Shown here: positions 58,295 through 64,000 of the stretch, one piece after another | Position numbering within the stretch: position 1 is the first letter of the stretch | Layout of the letters: each line of letters opens with the position of its first letter | NCBI GenBank assembly: GCA_049968235.1 | Contig: JBMFRC010000004.1 | Coordinates: forward strand, 190,013-254,012 | DNA: 64,000 bases | DNA from: Candidatus Hydrogenedens sp. | GTDB lineage: Bacteria; Hydrogenedentota; Hydrogenedentia; Hydrogenedentales; Hydrogenedentaceae | Reading direction: 5' to 3' | Made by a program: the position numbers and the translations under genes | Notes under the pieces: model-generated | What the model was told of the DNA's origin: nothing | Database searches by the model: none | The model's input: only the letters and a program-made list of their open reading frames with translations

Positions 58295-58595
58295 TTTTAT
58301 TTTTTTTACCGTTTCATTACTTTATGTTATTGCCTTTTTTGTCATTTTTATCTATCATATTCTACCTGAAAAATTACCAACAGAATTATCTTATATACAA
58401 ACAGAAGGGGATTCTATAAAACCGACAGGAACTGCAACGGATATTGAAAAAATTAAAAGCATGATACAAAACAATCAACTTTCTGATAAGGAAGCGTTGT
58501 TTTACAAAAAATTGCAGGAAGAGGGAAAAAAAAATCCTCAAAAACATCAACAAATCCGTAATCGTTGGAGACGAGGTAAACAAAGAGATAATTAG
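58281..58595 (+). CDS. Small membrane-anchored hypothetical protein (single N-terminal TM, Lys/Gln-rich tail).
   Basis: FFTVSLLYVIAFFVIFIYHIL TM segment. Overlaps the giant ORF by 14 nt. Confidence 0.4.
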   Translation: MKKNDFIFFTVSLLYVIAFFVIFIYHILPEKLPTELSYIQTEGDSIKPTGTATDIEKIKSMIQNNQLSDKEALFYKKLQEEGKKNPQKHQQIRNRWRRGKQRDN

Positions 58596-58677
58596 TCTTG
58601 TTTTAAAATATAAATTCTTTTTAAAATTTGTTAACATAAAAGCCAATTTCCGAAGTAAATCTGCAGGAGTTATTTTA

Positions 58678-60849
58678 ATGAATCACGAACAAACAACTAT
58701 CTTTTCCGAAATTCAAACATTAGATTTATTAGAAAAATATAAAATACCTGTGGCAGGATTTCGCATCTGTCATAATTTAAATGAAGTTGTTTCGTCTGCA
58801 CAAGAATTAGGATTCCCGATAACTATAAAAGGCATGGTGGAAGGGATTGCCCATAAAAGCGATTGGGGATTAGTAAAAACAGATATAAAATCAGAAGAAG
58901 ATTTACTCAAAGTAGTGAAAGAGATTCAAAACAACGCACAAGATAAGTGTTTATCCGGATTTTTATTACAAAAACATATTTATGGTAAACGAGAACTTAT
59001 CGTGGGGGGGATGAAACATAATGAATATGGTTTATGTGTTTACATTGGAATAGGCGGTATTTTCGTAGAAGCGTTAGAGGATGCATCTTTTCGTTCTGTT
59101 CCCATTCGTGAAATTGACCTACAAGAAATGATTTATGAATTGCATTTCAAAAAAATCTTTCAATCATTTCGTGGAGACCCTCCTGTTGATATACAAAAAC
59201 TTTTCCAGGTAGTAAAATCCATTGAAAATCTATTAAATAATGAAAAAGAAATCAGTCAATTTGAACTTAATCCCATTTTAATACATTGCGACACACCCAT
59301 TGCAGTAGATGCCCTTGCAATTAAAGGGGATATCATAATAACTGATAAACAATCTGAGATAATATCGCTTGATTTTAATAAATTATTAAGACTATTTGAA
59401 CCGGAAAGTATAGCCATTGTTGGTATAACAGATACTCCAATTAAATGGGGCTTTCGTGTCCTGTTCAATACTTTAGAAGGTGGGTATACCGGAAAAATAT
59501 ATGGCGTTAATCCGAAGCGAAGTGAGGTCCTAAATATTCCTTGTTATCCCTCTATTTTGGATATACCCGAAGTGGTTGATTTAGCAGTTATTATTGTCCC
59601 TCCACATGCGGTTCTACCTTCAGTTCAGGAATGTGTTCAAAAGGGTATTCAAGTCGTTCTTGTTATAACGGCAGGTTTTGGAGAATTGAATGATGAAGAG
59701 GCTCAATCTGCTCAGGAGAAATTAAGACAAATTGCTCGAGAAAATGACCTATATCTTATCGGTCCTAATTGTGCGGGTGTGGTTAGTCCAGTTCCTAAAA
59801 AACTATACTGTTCCATGATAGGAAGATACCCACAACCTGGTGGTTTAAGTATTCTATCACAAAGTGGAAACATTGGAAACACGGCTATGAGTTGGGCGAT
59901 GGAACATCATTTAGGACTATCACGATTTATCAGCACAGGCAACGAAGCAGTTATTAAAAATTACCACTACCTGAACTTTTTTGGTTCTGACCCTAAAACA
60001 AAAGTGATATTTTCTTATATTGAAAGTGCTAAAGATATTCGGATTTTCTTTGATGAATTAAAACATGTAACGAAGAAAAAACCGGTTATAGTATTGAAAG
60101 GAGGCAAAACCCATGCGGGTTCTCGTGCCGCTTCTTCCCACACTGGAGCATTAGCTACTGATTACCGATTATTTCGCGGAATTTGTGTTCAACAAGGGGG
60201 AATCTTAACTGAAGATATTTATGAAGCAATGGAAACAGCTCATCTTCTTTCGAATGTTCCACTTCCTCGAGGCAGAAATGTAGGTATTTTATCTCAGGGA
60301 GGTGGTTGGGGTGTGATTTCTGCAGATGTATGCACAAAAGCAGGTTTAAATGTTGTTCCTCTTTCTGAAAATACATTAAAAAAATTAGATGCTATTATGC
60401 CTAAATGGTGGAATCGGACAAATCCTGTAGATATGGTCGCAGGAACAGATATGGACTTATTTAAAAATTCTATGGAGATATTGATACAGGACGAAGAAAT
60501 CGATATTTTGGTTATCTTAGGTATTGGCTACATCGCAAGTGCTTATGTGCGTTTACAAAATTCGGAACGAGCAAAAAGTTTGAGGCTTGATAAATTATCT
60601 GAATTTGGAACCCAATTGGAGATAAAGGATGCAGAAGAAATTGCAAGACTTATGCAAACATACCAAAAACCCATTATAGTAGCTTCTGATACGACCATTT
60701 TATCACATGGTCAAAATATAAACCCCGTATTAAAAAAACTTGAAGAAATGAACATCTATGTTTTTCAAAATCCAAACAGCATGGCAAAAGCCATCGCTCA
60801 TCTTTGCCAATACAGCGAATATATCCGGGCTACTCCTCGCATTTTTTAA
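58678..60849 (+). CDS. NDP-forming acyl-CoA synthetase (acetate--CoA ligase, ADP-forming family), with domains in beta-alpha order: ATP-grasp first, then CoA-binding/ligase-CoA.
   Basis: N-terminal ATP-grasp (LLEKYKIPVAGF...GFPITIKG). Then CoA-binding Rossmann SIAIVGITDTPIKWGFRV. Then the ligase-CoA domain. GGAG SD upstream. Confidence 0.75.
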   Translation: MNHEQTTIFSEIQTLDLLEKYKIPVAGFRICHNLNEVVSSAQELGFPITIKGMVEGIAHKSDWGLVKTDIKSEEDLLKVVKEIQNNAQDKCLSGFLLQKHIYGKRELIVGGMKHNEYGLCVYIGIGGIFVEALEDASFRSVPIREIDLQEMIYELHFKKIFQSFRGDPPVDIQKLFQVVKSIENLLNNEKEISQFELNPILIHCDTPIAVDALAIKGDIIITDKQSEIISLDFNKLLRLFEPESIAIVGITDTPIKWGFRVLFNTLEGGYTGKIYGVNPKRSEVLNIPCYPSILDIPEVVDLAVIIVPPHAVLPSVQECVQKGIQVVLVITAGFGELNDEEAQSAQEKLRQIARENDLYLIGPNCAGVVSPVPKKLYCSMIGRYPQPGGLSILSQSGNIGNTAMSWAMEHHLGLSRFISTGNEAVIKNYHYLNFFGSDPKTKVIFSYIESAKDIRIFFDELKHVTKKKPVIVLKGGKTHAGSRAASSHTGALATDYRLFRGICVQQGGILTEDIYEAMETAHLLSNVPLPRGRNVGILSQGGGWGVISADVCTKAGLNVVPLSENTLKKLDAIMPKWWNRTNPVDMVAGTDMDLFKNSMEILIQDEEIDILVILGIGYIASAYVRLQNSERAKSLRLDKLSEFGTQLEIKDAEEIARLMQTYQKPIIVASDTTILSHGQNINPVLKKLEEMNIYVFQNPNSMAKAIAHLCQYSEYIRATPRIF

Positions 60850-60899
60850 ATTATTTTTTACTAATTAAAATATTTTTTTTTACTTTCAATCTTAAATTA

Positions 60900-61760
60900 T
60901 TACTTGGCAATTCGTGGTTTAATAATGTGCTCTATCCAATTGATAAATTCGCATTCGCGGATTTTATCGTCAATTAAATCGTCATCAATCTTATATTGCC
61001 AGCGAATATATTTCAGGGAAGGATTTTCATATACCATTTCGAGGCGTGTTACATATATCATCATGTCTTCGTGGTCACGGAACATTCCTTGTTGGATAAG
61101 TTTAGGTTCACGGGCGATAATTAACCTTGCGACCTCGTGAAGGTTATATTCGGGATGATATTGGGTTGCCCAGAAAATTCCTTTTTTATAATGCACTTCG
61201 CATGCTTGAACAGTACTCCAATCGTTGCCCGCCAATAAGATTGCACCATCGGCTAATTTTGTTACTTGGTCATCGTGGCTGACGAAATGAGAATATACCT
61301 CAGGCTTTCCCTTAAACATGGGATGTTTCTTCCCTTCTTCTGTCAATCGGATTTTTGTCGCAATTCCCATTTCTCTACCTCTGGGGTGAGGTTCTACTTT
61401 TCCACCGGCGGAGTAATTGGCTAACTGAATTCCCCAACAACTTCCTATTTGAGGAATACCTGCTTCATAACAACGCTGACACAAACGGATATGGGCTTGA
61501 ACGCGAGGGTCATCTTCATGATAAATCGTCAGATTACATCCCGGCCAGATAACACCTGTGTATTGGCTTAATTGTTCATCGGTCGGTGGAACAGCCCCTT
61601 CATCACTACTGTACCAGATGTAATATTCTGCCTCTGGTAAATATTTTACAAGTAAATCTGCATAAAGCACTCCGGCAAGTTTCATTCCTACCTGATCGAA
61701 TTGTTCACGGCTCTTTATGGGATAGCCATCTACTATAAGAAATCGAGGGACTTTAGTCAT
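60900..61760 (-). CDS. Class I glutamine amidotransferase-like protein.
   Basis: Nucleophile elbow IGSCWGIQL and a YHPE His/Glu pair. Family assignment is uncertain. Confidence 0.5.
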   Translation of the reverse strand: MTKVPRFLIVDGYPIKSREQFDQVGMKLAGVLYADLLVKYLPEAEYYIWYSSDEGAVPPTDEQLSQYTGVIWPGCNLTIYHEDDPRVQAHIRLCQRCYEAGIPQIGSCWGIQLANYSAGGKVEPHPRGREMGIATKIRLTEEGKKHPMFKGKPEVYSHFVSHDDQVTKLADGAILLAGNDWSTVQACEVHYKKGIFWATQYHPEYNLHEVARLIIAREPKLIQQGMFRDHEDMMIYVTRLEMVYENPSLKYIRWQYKIDDDLIDDKIRECEFINWIEHIIKPRIAK

Positions 61761-61814
61761 ATGAACTACTCCTTTACTACTTTTTTATTTTTCTTTATTC
61801 ATAAAAAACATTAT

Positions 61815-62576
61815 TTAGTTATCTGTGTCCATTTCTTGAATAATACGGGGTAAATCTTCATATTTTTTGCAAACAGCATCCGGACACGTTCCTTCTAAAG
61901 GTCTTTCTTTTACGGCTGTTAAAAGCACACCTCTTGCACCTACAGATTGTGGTCCTAAAATATCATTGTGCGGACGGTCTCCGACATGCACGATATTTTT
62001 TAATTCAATATTAAAATGGCGGGCTACCGCTTCAAAAACAGCCGGATGTGGCTTGGATACTCCTATTTCGTCCGAAAAGACAAAATAGTCAAAATAGGTA
62101 TACATGCCTGCTTCTTGTAATAAAATTCTCAAATTCCTGCCGGGTGTAAAAATAGCGTCTGATATGATAGATAATTTATATTGTTTGCTTAATTTTTGTA
62201 ATGCATCTACAGCCCCCGGAACAGGGTCAGGCATATATTGGATTTCCATATCTTCATATGATTCTACTATCTCATTAAAAACATCTTCAGGTAGAGAACG
62301 ACCTAATCCTTCCAGTAGAACAGAAACTCGTTCTGCAACAGTCCATGTAACGAGTTGGTCATGCCATACTTTACGAAAGGCTGAATCCACTACATCGAAA
62401 GCAGTATCAACGATGTTACGGTCAATAGGTGATATTTTTGATAACGCATTATGAAGCATTTCTCGTCGTGCAACTTTCTTGCTTTTCAATCCCGCCTTTG
62501 TTCTTTTAGGTTCATCACTATCATCTACAAAAAGGCAATCCCACAAATCAAAAGTAATAACTTTAACTTTCGCCAC
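61815..62576 (-). CDS. HAD superfamily hydrolase.
   Basis: Motif I ITFDLWDCLF (DxD). Motif IV HVGDRPHNDI. Confidence 0.8.
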   Translation of the reverse strand: MAKVKVITFDLWDCLFVDDSDEPKRTKAGLKSKKVARREMLHNALSKISPIDRNIVDTAFDVVDSAFRKVWHDQLVTWTVAERVSVLLEGLGRSLPEDVFNEIVESYEDMEIQYMPDPVPGAVDALQKLSKQYKLSIISDAIFTPGRNLRILLQEAGMYTYFDYFVFSDEIGVSKPHPAVFEAVARHFNIELKNIVHVGDRPHNDILGPQSVGARGVLLTAVKERPLEGTCPDAVCKKYEDLPRIIQEMDTDN

Positions 62577-62661
62577 TATTCATTCTCCAGTTTGTAATAA
62601 TAAAAAAAACATTTTTTATGTATGAAATTAAAGAAGGGAAAAAGATGTACAATTATAACAA

Positions 62662-63525
62662 CTATGAACGCCATTTGAAAACAGTTATAACCGGGAAGTG
62701 GTCTGATGGATACCTGCCTTCCTTGTTATTGATGATTGTCTCGCATTTAATCGGATGGAATGGTCCTTGATATAAAATCCAATCGATGCGATAATCAGAA
62801 TTCAGGTCCGGGTCTTTAAATCCACACCATGTTGTTAAAGGACCTAATTTTTCATCTGCTTTTAACCATGAGTCGTTAAAGCCATTATTAACAAAAATCT
62901 TCCACGGTTCTGATTTTTCACCTACCGCATTAAAATCGCCTGTAATTATCACTGGCAAGTTTTCATTTTCCTTTTTGATTCTATTGCAAATAATTTCTGC
63001 TCCTTTTTGACGCGCTATTTCCCCTTTATGGTCAAGGTGCGTATTAATATAAAGAATTTCTTTACCCGAAGGTTTATGTTTTAATTTCAACCAGGTAACA
63101 ATTCGTGTGCAGGCGGTATCCCATGATTTGGAGCCTGGCTCTTCTGGGGTTTCTGAAATCCAGAAATATTTTGTGTCTAAAACTTCCCATAAATCTTTTT
63201 TATAAAATATGGTCGTTTGTTCACTGGAACCATCTTTTTCTCTACCCCTTCCCACATAGGAATATGAAGGAATTTTTTCTGCAATATATTTTGCTTGGAA
63301 ATCAAGGCACTCCTGTGTTCCCAATAAGTCTGGGTCATGATTTTTAATTACTTCGACGAGAATATCCTTTCTTTTATTCCAGTGATTGGGACCGTCCATA
63401 GCAGTGCCATAACGAAGATTGAAAGTCATTATTGAAATTGTTTCTTCTGCAAAAGTATGTTCTTGGAAGAAACAAATGTTAAAAAGAATAAGAAACAAAA
63501 AAATAAAGAATGTTGTCTGTTTCAT
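62662..63525 (-). CDS. Exported endonuclease/exonuclease/phosphatase (EEP) family protein.
   Basis: Signal peptide. IMTFNLRYG N-terminal motif, GTQE, and terminal SDHFPV motif. Confidence 0.8.
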   Translation of the reverse strand: MKQTTFFIFLFLILFNICFFQEHTFAEETISIMTFNLRYGTAMDGPNHWNKRKDILVEVIKNHDPDLLGTQECLDFQAKYIAEKIPSYSYVGRGREKDGSSEQTTIFYKKDLWEVLDTKYFWISETPEEPGSKSWDTACTRIVTWLKLKHKPSGKEILYINTHLDHKGEIARQKGAEIICNRIKKENENLPVIITGDFNAVGEKSEPWKIFVNNGFNDSWLKADEKLGPLTTWCGFKDPDLNSDYRIDWILYQGPFHPIKCETIINNKEGRYPSDHFPVITVFKWRS

Positions 63526-63634
63526 ATCATTTTCCTTTTTATATTATTTCATCATTAAACTTAAATCTTACGAAATGATTTTTTCATTTATCAAATTAAG
63601 GTATAAACAAATCCATTCAAATCATAGCATGAAT

Positions 63635-63670
63635 AAAAAAGCACAGATTACATAAAAATGTAACCTGTGC
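63635..63670 (-). terminator. Intrinsic terminator: 12-bp stem (one mismatch), 6-nt loop, followed by a T-tract on the minus strand.
   Basis: gcacagattaca-taaaaa-tgtaacctgtgc (63641-63670). A6 on the plus strand at 63635-63640, which is T6 on the minus strand just 3' of the stem. Confidence 0.55.
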
Positions 63671-63698
63671 TTGGAAAAGTAGTAATTATTGCCCTACT

Positions 63699-63794
63699 TT
63701 ACTTTTTGCAGCCGGCTTTCTTTGCAGGAGCTTTCTTTGCAGCGGCTTTCTTTGCAGGAGCCTTCTTTGCAGCGGCCTTTTTTTCTGTAGCCAT
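63699..63794 (-). CDS. Tiny (31 aa) Lys/Ala-repeat basic protein: MATEKKAAAKKAPAKKAAAKKAPAKKAGCKK. It resembles the histone H1-like / AKKA-repeat nucleoid-associated tails.
   Basis: My own translation. AAGGAGA SD lies 7 nt upstream. The terminator hairpin lies about 30 nt downstream. The underlying DNA is four tandem 15-bp repeats (ctttctttgcagg/cgg). Confidence 0.4.
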   Translation of the reverse strand: MATEKKAAAKKAPAKKAAAKKAPAKKAGCKK

Positions 63795-64000
63795 TTCCAT
63801 TCTCCTTTTTATTAGTTTACATAAATTGTTAGTTACACAGGGTATACGCAACTTTTATATTGTGTATACCGATAATATTTATACTATATATTGATAGTCT
63901 TTGTCAACATAATTTATATTTTTCATTAAATACTTTTATTTTCATATAAAATTATTATTTTATTTATGTTCATTTTTTTCACTAATTTTATCCGAAGGAA

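Noticed and set aside
63667-63894. 75-aa plus-strand ORF (MLGKVVIIALLYFLQPAFFAGAFFAAAFF...).
   Set aside because: Low-complexity antisense shadow of the minus-strand AKKA-repeat mini-ORF. It has no SD, and the repeat DNA reads as poly-Ala/Phe on this strand.
1-64000. Search for tRNA, rRNA and CRISPR arrays, and for a sigma-54 -24/-12 promoter upstream of 2800.
   Set aside because: No tRNA-like T-arm/acceptor signatures. No rRNA-like conserved blocks. No regularly spaced direct repeats beyond the two noted (51839/51871, and the 15-bp tandem at 63715-63780). No GG-N10-GC promoter match found by eye. Absence is by visual scan only.

Overview
This is an AT-rich bacterial chromosomal window from a Gram-negative-type organism: it has TolC/RND, TonB/ExbB and Tat signals, and Shine-Dalgarno sites are used. 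The phylum is not determinable from sequence alone. Every functional call below rests on motifs read by eye in the supplied translations, not on database searches. The window reads as follows, from left to right. (1) A cytoplasmic PAS histidine kinase and an NtrC-type sigma-54 activator (GAFTGA motif). (2) A plus-strand operon of two large GT-C fold (ArnT/PMT_2-like) membrane glycosyltransferase-TPR fusions, a GT2 polyprenyl-phosphate sugar synthase, a B12-binding radical SAM, a BNR/Asp-box exported protein and an alpha/beta hydrolase. (3) Three more GT-C paralogs of a second subfamily (WWDEY/WFDEY motif) on the minus strand, separated by a frameshifted rve-type IS transposase remnant. (4) A second B12-binding radical SAM and a chimeric pseudogene: a B12-rSAM 5' part fused to a roughly 290-bp duplicated 5' fragment of a GT-C gene. 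(5) A sugar-modification cassette on the minus strand: PP-loop N-acetyl sugar amidotransferase, HisF-like, HisH-like, NodU/CmcH carbamoyltransferase, radical SAM/SPASM enzyme and a flippase-like membrane protein, with a divergent DegT aminotransferase. (6) A 1256-aa GT-C/TPR giant. (7) A lipoprotein-TonB-ExbB operon that has no ExbD but ends in a 50-aa SxtK/DUF5989-like membrane protein. (8) An FHA-GAF-class III nucleotide cyclase. (9) A secreted HEAT-repeat protein and a Tat-exported Gfo/Idh/MocA (GH109-like) oxidoreductase. (10) A MarR-MFP-RND-acetyltransferase-TolC efflux operon and a DGC-domain protein. (11) The most unusual locus: an AmmeMemoRadiSam radical SAM enzyme, a Memo-AMMECR1 fusion carrying an N-terminal signal peptide, and an overlapping 1185-aa polytopic membrane protein. 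That protein appears to combine a degenerate spermidine-synthase-like fold, an FMN-binding domain, two CX3CP (NapH/NosR-type) motifs and a CxxCxxC cluster. (12) An NDP-forming acyl-CoA synthetase, a GATase1-like protein, a HAD hydrolase, an EEP-family exported nuclease/phosphatase, and a tiny Lys/Ala-repeat basic ORF with a clean intrinsic terminator. I found no rRNA, tRNA or CRISPR array. Coordinates I derived myself for small features may be off by a few nucleotides.
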